DNA of 64,000 nucleotides from a virus (Duplodnaviria; Caudoviricetes): IMG/VR virus record IMGVR_UViG_3300009103_000025, positions 1,500 to 65,499 of that record; one strand, 5' to 3'. Shown piece by piece: positions 31,301 to 38,739 of this stretch (position 1 is its first letter; each line of letters starts with the position of its first letter). The notes under the pieces were generated by a model. It saw only the letters and a program-made list of their open reading frames with translations, ran no database searches and was not told where the DNA came from. The position numbers and the translations under genes were made by a program.

Positions 31301-31391
31301 TAAGAGTAAAGCACAGAAACTCTATGATAGAAGCAAATCTGGAAATCTTTATAAACGAGATAAGTCAACAAAGGATGAAGACAATGAGTAG
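22329..31391 (+). CDS. Giant 3020-aa repeat protein (FQ pentads plus 20-aa repeats), putative virion filament component
   Basis: Uninterrupted ORF; AAGGAG upstream; located in the fibre module. Confidence 0.85.
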   Translation: MAFLKVFQSNLFDNDLFSINQTLGKTFQGSIFDSDLFQQAPTTITYVRNPFQSNIFQKTYNSKLLFQKQYTQISYGTIAKLFQTNIFDVDIFQQPHTINVYPRKVFQSNIFQKVLFQTTQVANAGKYVFQSGLFQGNVFDVPNSIIKTIQEIIGIDETIPKAIGFPRITYDAVQLVMQVYKVMGKTKSRSDLERITEVFYHTRARSKPLTPDVENVVEFIVYNKTTDTTYVFKVFQSNIFQSNVFQFKYKRVRETANKVFQSIFQSDIFQTSGHKVQTVPKTFSSIFQSDVFQGSYDKTTVNRSVFQSGIFQVGLFHQTIQKFREERDTISVSETVSYAKGRPQSISETVGITEQNNYIENASGRELSETITENVNVSETTKSSVGKIKTVSETSLVNETIVGEPARDPNIVAKLFQTNVFDQDIFQKRYLKTVTSVGKVFQTNIFQSIFQQASNPQTVGKLFQNNVFSTKIFQSDSFLRTSLGKIQTIFQVGVFQSTAFQTKVPIPKVAPLDTVGITETTSTRRIRDNFKSVTETVGISDTPTKVEGFVKTSSDTIGITDTLTKVFGIVRLGSDSVNINESISVKIHKQIDENINVSESIIRKRDLVRVVNENVSVTEYRFKPVERVRVVSETVNVNESVVFPWYKNITEIENINELVVRARTILRTITDNIEINESGTPKHYAIEPSYVSKVFQTNVFQQDVFQKLYDKNAVKPIIFQSNVFQSDIFQQKLQPLERTVGSIFQTNVFATNVFQKTFDATAPLNRLFQRNVFQSDVFQKRYQLSTAVKKVFDGDVFQNKVFQTKAFDTAITVSRPVFSGIYQYPLFQAPEPVKKFVEDTEEIVETLRVVFGSSQRPTDVINVTEALSRARTLVRSVSETVNVIDTPALFKQRTWKIAIPETVGITDEILTKKRQVTYFVNKVFQTNIFDQDIFQKRWDEHRIVPKLFQTNIFDTDVFQQTFNRFTIPAVFQSNVFSGKFWQKGYDTRKLGKFVFQPYVFDSDVFQAPISKKDVVYDTVNISEAVNKVEGFVKAVSDTVGITEGVNVLKQRTITKTVTENVNVSEINNRAVPLVRTINENVSVIDLTKHKKEQTIFTIPRVFQTNVFDNDVFQQLWDPSSTSVSKVFQSNIFDTDLFQQGYNTNIKPAVFQSNVFNNKVFTTKVFNILKKSTVVFQSFVFQSNTFQSAIGRAKSVYESIGITDASAIVKGFVKTATDSVGVSETTQSIVRKTLTKTVTDTVSLSETLARATPKKITLTENVSVLDTYSSYFKKQTIFTIPRVFQTNIFDNDVFQQLWDPSSTSVTKVFQSNIFDSDVFQTSTFDTTVTPAVFQSNVFNNKVFTTKIFDSKTISTVVFQPYVFQSTAFQSAIGRSKTIYDIEGIVESTSIVKGDVVPTADTVGVTEQVNSIVRKTVKATVTETVSVTEANNRAVPKFITVTDNVAIKDDKTSYLDKQVIFTIPAVFQTNVFDGDVFQKLWDPSSTTVKKVFQSNVFDQDVFQKQYITTTVPKVFQTNVFQQNIFQKATDTTKKQTSVFQQGVFQPDVFQAPTALNKAVYDTIGITDSENHRFGFVKTASDSIGISESTFSGKGKTVSVVDNVSLIETTQKVIQKVQVIIDTVKSIDTTVPFRWRTVTFIYSPFQSNVFQSNVFQDRYEIFPSGRRREKIEKVFSSIYQSDVFQGDIYDTNLVYRVFQPTIFQQPSFSYPKAIFQRTYYKSDIEEKETKIYQENIFQHNVFATRTPLHIEELNHYVIEEVGITESISVKKESFVSVVENVSIGEATQPVRTFNKTITEPAVSITESVDKAREMSRIVDENVSITETTGRLLNKFKAVAESVTVSIFQGVQERARTISRTVTDNVSVSETKQYAIGLIRWISDSVGITEAFNRFRGIARPIAETINVSEGTDRVRTLIRHVAESVPINEAVIKARTLIRVFTESLSVSIWQLNKRSRVLARTIGESISIAESKYKKIEIIRVITDTVGITELITRFTEKFRKISESIAVNESLVRVRTLIRKLSDNVSVSESVVRTREILRILTESLGITDVVTTFRDRFQAISDIVEIVDFRGRVRELIRVIVNETVGITESLVRLRVLNRVVNEVTNISETITRFTQKFRTITENVSITEAVDKVRTIIRTLTDNVGITETITRVRELVRAISDSVTVNIFQGRFRVLARTIADSVEVSESLVRVRGLIRILSENTIISESITRFTEKFRSVTENVAVNESIIRVRELLRMISDNVNISESVVRVRELIRMISDSVGLTDVITTLRERFQAVSDTVTIEDFRGRARELIRIIVTETVGVTESLVRTRTLNRIISEITNISDTIPHFKTISKAVADTVEIIETAVKQYVIMRMINESVTISESVLRTRVLNRIINEIVNVTQFQGKVAELVKIISESVGITESIVRLRDLIRIINETVNVNEVTKILHFLQRTITEPAVVISENVIRSRVLNRIINEIVNVSQFQGKVADIVKIITETIGVSDSIVRLIGRVRIIAESVDITETKVRIREIVRMLTDTVNVNEITDRVRDLIRMISDTVTIDDFRGRARELIRIVVTETVNVLENATKARSIIRTIADATLGITESIVRFREISRILSDTINTNETLDTIRNRFGIITESVIIWESIERARTLIRNIADTVTIDDFRGRARELIRIIVSETVSIGESIVRQSTITRAFTEAVTITESVLRTRELTRILSDTINVSDIVGRIRELSRIISDTVSIDDFRGRVRELIRIIVNESVGITETTKFAIGKFRSIADTVIITEGFAKVQGIARTVALDAVNITESVLRTRELSRIINEIVNISQFQGKLADIIRVIDETVNISETVVRVRDLLRHVTDSVTVTQFRQRLRDLVRVDTAIVHIIEGIPKQLGLSKVINEDVNITEFRNVFNNLILIINETIHVTESFILLVRFGFGLVTGSIGSSVVQNTLRTHNKTADVVTALRDKSIKIYMNSKSLKEEAKSKAERVADKAKSVATEAKSKAQKLYDRSKSGNLYKRDKSTKDEDNE
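25600..27230 (+). repeat. Three ~545-bp tandem super-repeats inside the giant gene (boundaries approximate)
   Basis: TATGGGATCCATCTAGTAC starts at 25672, 26215 and 26761 (spacing 543 and 546). Confidence 0.8.
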
Positions 31392-31749
31392 CCCAGCAAG
31401 TATGAATATGGTAGGAAATTCGGTGGAATATAGAGTCAAAGCTGGCTCTAGAGCTGTATTACAATTAACAATTAAAGATGCATCAGGCGTTGCTAAAGTA
31501 CTAAATGATGCAACAACCTATAACCAAGGAGCATGGAAAGTATGGAAACCAGATGGAACCTTGGTAATAAATGGAGCTTTAACATTCTCAGATAGACCAA
31601 ATGGTATTGTTACTTATCAATTAAGCGCAACAGACACTGCAATAGCTAATGCTGGTATCTGGGAGGGTGAGGTTGAGATTAAAAACTCATCAGGTGTGAT
31701 GGTTGAACAGACCAAATCATTCGCTTTTGTAATAGAGGATTCATATTAA
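31384..31749 (+). CDS. BppU-N-like Ig-fold virion protein
   Basis: GIVTYQLSATDT..AGIWEGEVEI motif; start overlaps the giant gene's end. Confidence 0.7.
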   Translation: MSSPASMNMVGNSVEYRVKAGSRAVLQLTIKDASGVAKVLNDATTYNQGAWKVWKPDGTLVINGALTFSDRPNGIVTYQLSATDTAIANAGIWEGEVEIKNSSGVMVEQTKSFAFVIEDSY

Positions 31750-31751
31750 AC

Positions 31752-31865
31752 ATGGCTGATTTAACAAATACAGTAGGTGGAAAATGCGATGGATGTGGAC
31801 ATCACCAGAAAGACCATGATAAGGTCACTGGTTGCATAAAATGTGAGTGTGGCTCACGCAGTTAG
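31752..31865 (+). CDS. 37-aa Cys/His mini-protein
   Basis: CDGCGHHQKDH...CIKCEC. Confidence 0.55.
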   Translation: MADLTNTVGGKCDGCGHHQKDHDKVTGCIKCECGSRS

Positions 31866-31880
31866 TAAGCCTTATATATA
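31861..31880 (+). promoter_or_regulatory. GTTAGTAA-type promoter
   Basis: GTTAGTAAGCCTTATATATA; ATG 39 nt downstream. Confidence 0.8.
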
Positions 31881-31899
31881 ACACGAACTAACTATCTTT

Positions 31900-32571
31900 A
31901 TGCAGAAAACAACCGTAGCAGTTGTAACCCTTATGGGTATCATAGCTTCTGTCGCTTTAATAGGCAGTGCTTATGCAGAGACTCACATTATTAGTGGGGA
32001 TGATTTTCCATTAATGATTGATGTTAAAAACACTGACACTCTACAATTTACAGGTCATGTAGATGGAGTTAGAGGTATTCAACCAGTACAAGTAGGTGGT
32101 TATTATTATAACTGTCAAGCTGGCTGGGGTGAAGGTGAAACATTCTCTGGATGTATACTAGACTTTAGTAATTTTGAACTAGGTCAACACGAATGGTTTG
32201 ATAGAACAACCGATACTTATGGTAAGTTTTGGGTTCATGAAGACACCACAGTAAGTACATCAACAGAGACTACTACTGAAACAACCGTAGAAACTACTAG
32301 TACAACACCAGTAGAGACTACTACAACAGTAGAATACACATCAGGTGATACTCCAGAAAGTGTTTTATCACAAACACAAGAGTATGCAACAGCTATTCAA
32401 AGTAAAATCAATGAACAAGTAGCACCTTTACAGGCTGAGATTGTATCATTGAAAGCAGAGAACGATGGATTAAAGACAGAGGTGGAAACCTTAAAGACTC
32501 AGATGGAGAACTGGAAAGCAATTTGCTTAGAACAGCTCAGAATAATGGCTGAAGTCTTAGGATTACTTTAA
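31900..32571 (+). CDS. Exported protein with Thr-rich linker and coiled coil
   Basis: Signal peptide ending SAYA; TSTETTTET linker; C-terminal heptads. Confidence 0.75.
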   Translation: MQKTTVAVVTLMGIIASVALIGSAYAETHIISGDDFPLMIDVKNTDTLQFTGHVDGVRGIQPVQVGGYYYNCQAGWGEGETFSGCILDFSNFELGQHEWFDRTTDTYGKFWVHEDTTVSTSTETTTETTVETTSTTPVETTTTVEYTSGDTPESVLSQTQEYATAIQSKINEQVAPLQAEIVSLKAENDGLKTEVETLKTQMENWKAICLEQLRIMAEVLGLL

Positions 32572-32591
32572 TCCTTTCCTTTTTCTTTTTT

Positions 32592-32610
32592 GTTAGTAAG
32601 CCTTATATAT
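32592..32610 (+). promoter_or_regulatory. GTTAGTAA-type promoter preceded by a T-tract terminator
   Basis: GTTAGTAAGCCTTATATAT; ATG 39 nt downstream. Confidence 0.8.
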
Positions 32611-32630
32611 TAGATTATCGTGAGTAAATT

Positions 32631-33404
32631 ATGATTAAACTTGATGATATTAATAATGAAATTTATTTTCACTGGCGTAGAGCACAAGTAGATGCTTTAG
32701 GTACTGAGAGATTAGGTCACATACATGTATCTGATATTATCAAACCATGTATGAGAAATGTAATCTATAAAAAAACTGAACCAGATACTGGTCTTTCCAC
32801 AGAAGATGTAAAGTCATTATATTTTGGTCAAATAGTACATAGTAATTCTCAACTGGCTGAGCCAGAACACCATGAGAAATTCCTAGCGTATGATTACATA
32901 CGTGATGAGGGATTGACATATGAAGAGGCTAAAGCAATCCCAGAAGATGACCCTAGACAGTTAGATATCATTTATGGTAGCATAGATGACCTAATAAAAG
33001 TGGGTGATAAATGGGTAATTTGTGATAAAAAGACCACTGGTAGCATAGACTATTTCAGTAAAGCAAGGTCTACAGCAAGTGATTCTCATAAAGATCAAAT
33101 CAATAGATATAGGGTGTTGTTAAAAAAATGCTATAATATTGATGCAGACTATGGGTGTGTGGTATACATATCAAATAGAATTGAGAAAGATTCTAGAGAT
33201 AAGCCAGCCATAATATCATTCAAATTGGCAAACCCAGAAGAGACCTTAATGGATATGATTGAAAAGGCTAAGAAAATCAAAGAGTCTCTAGTGGAAAAAA
33301 CACTACCTGAAAGAACCAAATGTTTCTTATGTGATGGTATGTGTCCTTATGCAACGAAATGTTTTGTTGATAATAGGAGCCACTGGGATGGACAATCCGA
33401 TTAG
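32631..33404 (+). CDS. Cas4-like PD-(D/E)XK exonuclease
   Basis: HVSD..CMR, G..VH, GSIDD, DKKTT, QINRY and C-terminal CFLC..CPY..C Fe-S ligands. Confidence 0.85.
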   Translation: MIKLDDINNEIYFHWRRAQVDALGTERLGHIHVSDIIKPCMRNVIYKKTEPDTGLSTEDVKSLYFGQIVHSNSQLAEPEHHEKFLAYDYIRDEGLTYEEAKAIPEDDPRQLDIIYGSIDDLIKVGDKWVICDKKTTGSIDYFSKARSTASDSHKDQINRYRVLLKKCYNIDADYGCVVYISNRIEKDSRDKPAIISFKLANPEETLMDMIEKAKKIKESLVEKTLPERTKCFLCDGMCPYATKCFVDNRSHWDGQSD

Positions 33405-33513
33405 ATATATTTCACCTGAGTGCAGAATGCACGACCATGTAGAATGTAATCCTAATCAAAAGTCATCTCCTATTAAATGTGAATGTTTATGTCACAAATT
33501 GGTGGGAGAATGA
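33388..33513 (+). CDS. Cys/His mini-protein
   Basis: C..H.H..C...CECLCH. Confidence 0.6.
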   Translation: MDNPIRYISPECRMHDHVECNPNQKSSPIKCECLCHKLVGE

Positions 33514-33568
33514 TGTCCGATGAGGAAGAAGAAAGACCTGAATGGGATTGGATTAAACGGAGAAAGAA

Positions 33569-33691
33569 ATGAGTTACATAGAACCATGTCCAAAATGTAA
33601 AAAATCTCAAGGATGGGACTGGGTTTGGGGTAAGAATGACGGTCATTCTACTGGATATTCTAAATGTAAATCATGTGGTGCTAAGTTTTGA
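33569..33691 (+). CDS. 40-aa zinc-ribbon mini-protein
   Basis: CPKC...CKSCG; TTGA overlap with the next gene. Confidence 0.6.
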   Translation: MSYIEPCPKCKKSQGWDWVWGKNDGHSTGYSKCKSCGAKF

Positions 33692-34446
33692 GGGTATATT
33701 TTCACGCAAATAATAAAGCAACATTAGAAGCATTGCAGAAATGTGGAGTAAAGAATGTATTGGTGTCACACAAATACTCACATAATATATCAACCTTCAC
33801 AGAATGTTTTGATAACATATTAATTACTGCTGGAACTAATGATGACCCAGATAAATATTATGATTTTTTAAAGATGGAAAAGGGCAATTATCAATATGCA
33901 ACACAATACTCCGTGCCTGATAATATGAATAAAACAATGGAATATTGGAATAAAGAGAAGGATATGGGTCTAAATACCCTACCTATTTTACAAGAAGATT
34001 ATGTAAAACATCTAAGTATGCTTAACTTACCAGTGGGTTCACATATAGTAGTGGGAAAAATGAAGGGTAGATTTGACACCGAAGATGCATTAAAAAAATT
34101 ACCTACCAATAATAAATATCATGGTTTGGGTAAAGGAAAATATATTGATAAAGGAATGTTTGAAAGTATAGACACAAGTTTATGGATATCAGCAGCTATG
34201 TCAAAGAAGTGTGACATATGGCATAATGGAACCAAAATACCGATGAAGTTTGGTGAGAACAATGTGTTTGAACCAGTGTTAGAACATTATTGTGAAGAGT
34301 ATAAAGATAATATGGAAAAGATAGGCATAAACTTACATGGTGTGAAGGTTAGACACTACTACACAATGTTAAAACTACCAATAGCATTATACTACATGCC
34401 ACTATTAAAGCACCTAAACAGTTATTCAGATAACTTTATAAACTAG
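33688..34446 (+). CDS. TGT/queuine-tRNA-ribosyltransferase-like protein (divergent)
   Basis: LPILQ, YHGLG and ESIDTSLW motifs resemble the C-terminal half of viral TGT-like proteins; no clear DSG motif. Confidence 0.45.
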   Translation: MRVYFHANNKATLEALQKCGVKNVLVSHKYSHNISTFTECFDNILITAGTNDDPDKYYDFLKMEKGNYQYATQYSVPDNMNKTMEYWNKEKDMGLNTLPILQEDYVKHLSMLNLPVGSHIVVGKMKGRFDTEDALKKLPTNNKYHGLGKGKYIDKGMFESIDTSLWISAAMSKKCDIWHNGTKIPMKFGENNVFEPVLEHYCEEYKDNMEKIGINLHGVKVRHYYTMLKLPIALYYMPLLKHLNSYSDNFIN

Positions 34447-34465
34447 GAAAATTGTTATATATATT

Positions 34466-34582
34466 ATGAGCCTATTAGGTAAGATAGAAGAGTATGTTAA
34501 TAGTTTAGAGAATCTTGTAAGGCAATTACAACAAGAAAATCAGGCATTGAGAGACGAAGCTAAGAAGAAAGGTGGTAAATAA
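34466..34582 (+). CDS. 38-aa coiled-coil mini-protein
   Basis: MSLLGKIEEYVNSLENLVRQLQQENQALRDEAKKKGGK; TAATG coupling. Confidence 0.5.
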   Translation: MSLLGKIEEYVNSLENLVRQLQQENQALRDEAKKKGGK

Positions 34583-35100
34583 TGGCTGATGATTTGTTTA
34601 AAATTAAAGCCATAGATGGTAAGAATGTAGTTTCTACTGATAAGAGAAAAGTTATTTCTCCATATAATTCAACCAAGCATTTCAAAGACGCTAACATTCC
34701 AGCATATTGTGATCAGTGTGTTTATAGGTCTGTTGAGACTGGTGGAAATGGTAAGTGCCCAAAATATGAAAAGGGTTCCATCTGTACTATCAGAGATGAT
34801 TTTGTAAAAATAATAAATGAAATAGACACCAGAAATCCAGAGGATGTTAAATCAATGTTAGATTTAATAGCCAAAATATCATTTGAAAATGTATTAATGG
34901 CATTAACTCAAGCCAAAATGGATGGTAATATACCAGACAGAAACACAAAGTCTGAGATAAACACATTATTGGCTATTGTTAAATCAATCAATGACCTCAA
35001 TACTAAGATAGTAGTATCTGAGAAAACTGAGGTTAATGAAAAAACTGGAGATATATCATCCATATTTAAACAGATAAAAGCACAGAGGGGTGGAGACTGA
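34582..35100 (+). CDS. Putative terminase small subunit
   Basis: Cys-rich N-terminus and helical C-terminus; in an operon upstream of TerL. Confidence 0.5.
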   Translation: MADDLFKIKAIDGKNVVSTDKRKVISPYNSTKHFKDANIPAYCDQCVYRSVETGGNGKCPKYEKGSICTIRDDFVKIINEIDTRNPEDVKSMLDLIAKISFENVLMALTQAKMDGNIPDRNTKSEINTLLAIVKSINDLNTKIVVSEKTEVNEKTGDISSIFKQIKAQRGGD

Positions 35101-35225
35101 TGATAGGTGATTTATTCTTCACGGCAATATGTATGCTTTATTTTGCTGGTGGTATTACAATAGGTTATTACATACCAAAATGGAGAAAATCTAGAAAGCA
35201 ACGAGGCGATGGTAGATGGGATTAG
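35100..35225 (+). CDS. 41-aa single-TM protein
   Basis: MIGDLFFTAICMLYFAGGITIGYYIPKWRK; TGATG coupling. Confidence 0.55.
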   Translation: MIGDLFFTAICMLYFAGGITIGYYIPKWRKSRKQRGDGRWD

Positions 35226-35497
35226 GAGATTTAATTAAAGGAATATGGGAAGACCCAGAATGGGAACTGCCTGATGAGAATGAATTAACCAAGGAGATAG
35301 AAGAATTAGATAAAAAGATAAGAAGTATGCCAAAGAAATCGAGAGAGAAAACCAGACTTATCTATACAATGGCTAACAAAATGCAGATTCTAAGGCTCGT
35401 ACTTCATAGGAAAAAGAAGGCAAAATATAGACCAGACGCACAAGGTAAGTGGGTTTGGATTCCAGAAGAGGAGTATGAGGGTAGAAAATATGAGTAA
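35216..35497 (+). CDS. Hypothetical protein
   Basis: 93-aa ORF overlapping its neighbours in the operon. Confidence 0.65.
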   Translation: MGLGDLIKGIWEDPEWELPDENELTKEIEELDKKIRSMPKKSREKTRLIYTMANKMQILRLVLHRKKKAKYRPDAQGKWVWIPEEEYEGRKYE

Positions 35498-35597
35498 TGG
35501 ATGTTGTATTTATTGTGGACATTGTGATGATGAGGTTATTGAAATGATGACAGAGTGTGAATGTCATTGCCATTCTAGAGGGGGTAATACCTCATAA
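35490..35597 (+). CDS. 35-aa Cys-rich mini-protein
   Basis: CCIYCGHC...CECHCH; TAATG coupling to TerL. Confidence 0.55.
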   Translation: MSNGCCIYCGHCDDEVIEMMTECECHCHSRGGNTS

Positions 35598-36979
35598 TGC
35601 CTAGACCAGAAGCAGATATAATAAAGGACAGAGAAAACCTAATGCAGACCATAGCAGACTGCGCTGATAGTCCGTCAACATTCAGCAAGGTGTTCTTAGA
35701 TCATGATGTGTTTGATTATAATAAGAAATATGTTGATTGTAAAGATAGATTCATAGTATACAGGTCTGGTCGACAGGTGGGTAAAACTATGTCAACAGCA
35801 GTGAAGGCAATACATTTTGCTTTTTTTGCACCACTTATGTTAAAAACTGTAAATCATGAATGTACTATAGTCATAGCTGCACCTACACAAAATCAGGCTG
35901 GAATCATGTTCGATAGAATTAGGTCTTTAATTATTAGAAATGAATTCTTAAAACAATATGTTGTAAGAAATACACAGACAGAGATGTGGGTTAACTTCTT
36001 AGATAATACTGGCATGAGTAAGATAGTAACAAGGGCTACTGGTGAGCACGGTACTACACTTAGGGGTTATTCACCACACTGTATTATAGCAGACGAATGT
36101 TCTTTCATTAAGACTGATATTCTTAAGGCATTCTTGCCTTCTGGTATGGCTACGCAAGCCAGAGTATGGTTAACATCAACACCATTCAGTAAATCTGGTT
36201 ACTTTTATGAGGCGTGTCAGAATAGTAAGGCTAAAAACCCAGATGGATTATGGACAGAGTTCCATGTAAAGTCTACGGATAACCCTTTAGTTGCTGAAGA
36301 CCCTACCTTTTTAGATGAAATTAAGCGTTTAACACGTGAAGAATATGTACAAGAAGTCGAAGGTGAGTTCTTAGACATAGGTAATGCATTAATTCCTCAC
36401 TCGCTATTACGTGAGGCTGTTAATGATAAACATCCTAAAGGTAGACATTCATATTACATGGGAGTGGATGTTGCACGTTCTGGTAGAGACGAAACCGTAT
36501 ACACAATAGTGTCTGTAGATGAAGATGACCACGTATTTGTACATGAGACAATAGCAGAATCACAATCAAATGTGGTAGATGTGTGTGGTAAAATAGGAGA
36601 AATGGTAAGAGATTATAGAATAGAGACTGTATTTATAGATGAAACTGGTCTAGGTGGAGGTCTAATAGACTTAGCACGTGAGCAAGATATACCAGCAAGG
36701 GGTGTTATATTTTCTCTACAAGAAAAGGCATCGATGTATAAGAATTTGAGATTGTTGTTTGAAAATCATAAAATATCACTAAGAAATGTAGATAAATTGA
36801 TATATCAATTATCATATTTGACCAGAGAATATACTGAGGCTGGTGTTATGAAGGTAAAATCTGAAGAACATGATGACTATCCAGACAGTTTGGTGTTAGC
36901 ATGTAAGGCTGTTGCTGGTGGAAATCAATGGCATGTTCTAGATATCGGAAAAAACCTCCAAAAATCCCTATTTGGATGA
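35597..36979 (+). CDS. terL: Terminase large subunit
   Basis: Walker A SGRQVGKT, Walker B IIADE, LTSTP coupling motif, nuclease motifs GVDVARSGRD and HDDYPDS. Confidence 0.95.
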   Translation: MPRPEADIIKDRENLMQTIADCADSPSTFSKVFLDHDVFDYNKKYVDCKDRFIVYRSGRQVGKTMSTAVKAIHFAFFAPLMLKTVNHECTIVIAAPTQNQAGIMFDRIRSLIIRNEFLKQYVVRNTQTEMWVNFLDNTGMSKIVTRATGEHGTTLRGYSPHCIIADECSFIKTDILKAFLPSGMATQARVWLTSTPFSKSGYFYEACQNSKAKNPDGLWTEFHVKSTDNPLVAEDPTFLDEIKRLTREEYVQEVEGEFLDIGNALIPHSLLREAVNDKHPKGRHSYYMGVDVARSGRDETVYTIVSVDEDDHVFVHETIAESQSNVVDVCGKIGEMVRDYRIETVFIDETGLGGGLIDLAREQDIPARGVIFSLQEKASMYKNLRLLFENHKISLRNVDKLIYQLSYLTREYTEAGVMKVKSEEHDDYPDSLVLACKAVAGGNQWHVLDIGKNLQKSLFG

Positions 36980-37035
36980 GTTTTTGCTCATTTTCTAATA
37001 AAAACTTTAAATATTGTTACGTTTATAAGAATTAT

Positions 37036-37302
37036 ATGACCGAAGGAAAAATTCCTCCATTAGAAGAAGAAGTGCCTGAAATAAAGGATGAAATTAAAAA
37101 AGAACCTGAATATAAAGACGCATCTATGCCTAATGACTTATGGAAATCATGGCTAGAAAGACGTAAAACAGGTCAAACTACTGTAGGTCAAGGAGCTGGA
37201 GATGCCAGTTTAGGTAATCCACATGAATCTGGAACCCAAAAAGACTGGGATAAACCAGTAGCAGGGAAAACTTATATAGACAATGAGGAGGATAAAAGTT
37301 AG
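37036..37302 (+). CDS. Low-complexity protein, putative internal head protein
   Basis: Start 37036 after AAAACTTTAAATA; LWKSW motif shared with the next gene. Confidence 0.65.
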   Translation: MTEGKIPPLEEEVPEIKDEIKKEPEYKDASMPNDLWKSWLERRKTGQTTVGQGAGDASLGNPHESGTQKDWDKPVAGKTYIDNEEDKS

Positions 37303-37304
37303 GT

Positions 37305-38738
37305 ATGAACCAAAATAAGATCAAAAATACCAAAGTCGGAGATGACATTCACTTCTACGTTAATGGTGTAGAAGACCGTGGAATAGTAGTTAAGATGAAT
37401 AACGAATACGTCACAGTATTCAAGGAATCAACTCAGAATTATGATGATATCCATATAAATGATACCTTCTTTATTAAAGATATAATGATAAACAAGGAAT
37501 GGGATATGTGTTCAGACCAAGAAAGATTTGAATTATTAAAAAATATACACGCACCATCACCAAGATACTTACAAAAAACTTGGAATGATTTACCAAAAGA
37601 CATCAAAGAATTACTTAGAAAAAACAACAGTAACCAACAAGGATTTAAAAAAGACGATGATGAAAACATAACAGCAAGAACTTTTGATCAACAAAAAACA
37701 GACCCACAAGAAATAGATAACAACTATGGAAAACAATCATTAAAAGCAGAAGACACAGAGAAAGCATCAAGTGGAGATATAAACAAAAAACCAATAGTAC
37801 CAGAAGGTGAAGTTGCTGGTGATATTACTGCAAAAAGAATTTCTGGTGGATTTAAAGAGACTCAACATATTAAAGACCAAAAAGAAAACCCAAACATAGG
37901 ACAGGGTTCAAAAATTACAACACGACAGCACGGAACTGAAGAAAGAGAACCATCAACAGAAGAACAAAAAGGAGAAGCTAGAGGTGGTAAAAAAGACAGT
38001 GGTAAAGAAGCTGGCGACGCATGGATGAAATACTTTAAAGAATCACAAACAAAGAAAACATGGAACACATGGTTAGAAGAAAGACAGGCACAAATTAACA
38101 AAGATGGAGCACCATACAAAGAAAGAAAAGAACCATCAAACAAACCTATGTCAGCAGAAAGAAGAGCAGCTGGTGCAGATGCTGGTACAGAATCAAGCAG
38201 ACAAGATGCAGCTACATCATCAAGAAATAGAGGTCAGTCAAATATTGTTGGTGGTACTGGTGGAATAGACCCAGCTAAAGAAACAACCCCAAAATCAGAT
38301 AAGGGTGTATTTGGAAGTGCAGCTACTGGTAGAGCTGATCATATGGGAGATGATTATTTTGGTGATAGTAAAGGAGCTAAAGAAGGTCAAGGAGCACTAG
38401 GTAAATCATGGGAAGAATTAATAGCAGAAGTAAAATCAAGCGTAGAAAACTCAGTACATGGTAACGCAGCTAGAAATCCTACAGCTGGAGTAAATACTAA
38501 CACAAACTTTGACGCACCAAAAGACTATGAGGGATTCTCACACTCAGGTGTAAGACCAGAGCAATTTAAACACGAAGAAAAGAAACCAAAAGTCGGTCAA
38601 GAAAAAAAGAAAAAAGAAGTAAAAGTTGATGATAAACCAGCAGACAGAGTTAATAGTCAAACAAATAAATATGAAACTAATCAAGAAAATAAAGACACTG
38701 ACGGTAGAGCAACAAACCAAGTAAAGGATAAGATTTAA
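37305..38738 (+). CDS. Largely disordered protein with repeated K[ST]W motifs
   Basis: 477 aa, charged and Gly-rich; small beta domain at the N-terminus. Confidence 0.75.
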   Translation: MNQNKIKNTKVGDDIHFYVNGVEDRGIVVKMNNEYVTVFKESTQNYDDIHINDTFFIKDIMINKEWDMCSDQERFELLKNIHAPSPRYLQKTWNDLPKDIKELLRKNNSNQQGFKKDDDENITARTFDQQKTDPQEIDNNYGKQSLKAEDTEKASSGDINKKPIVPEGEVAGDITAKRISGGFKETQHIKDQKENPNIGQGSKITTRQHGTEEREPSTEEQKGEARGGKKDSGKEAGDAWMKYFKESQTKKTWNTWLEERQAQINKDGAPYKERKEPSNKPMSAERRAAGADAGTESSRQDAATSSRNRGQSNIVGGTGGIDPAKETTPKSDKGVFGSAATGRADHMGDDYFGDSKGAKEGQGALGKSWEELIAEVKSSVENSVHGNAARNPTAGVNTNTNFDAPKDYEGFSHSGVRPEQFKHEEKKPKVGQEKKKKEVKVDDKPADRVNSQTNKYETNQENKDTDGRATNQVKDKI

Positions 38739-38739
38739 A

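Noticed and set aside
19365-31391. Diversity-generating retroelement acting on the fibre genes
   Set aside because: No reverse transcriptase in the window and no template/variable repeat pair with A-specific differences noticed
32631-33404. Cas4 as evidence of a CRISPR-Cas system
   Set aside because: No cas1/cas2 or array; stand-alone Cas4-like nucleases are common in archaeal viruses
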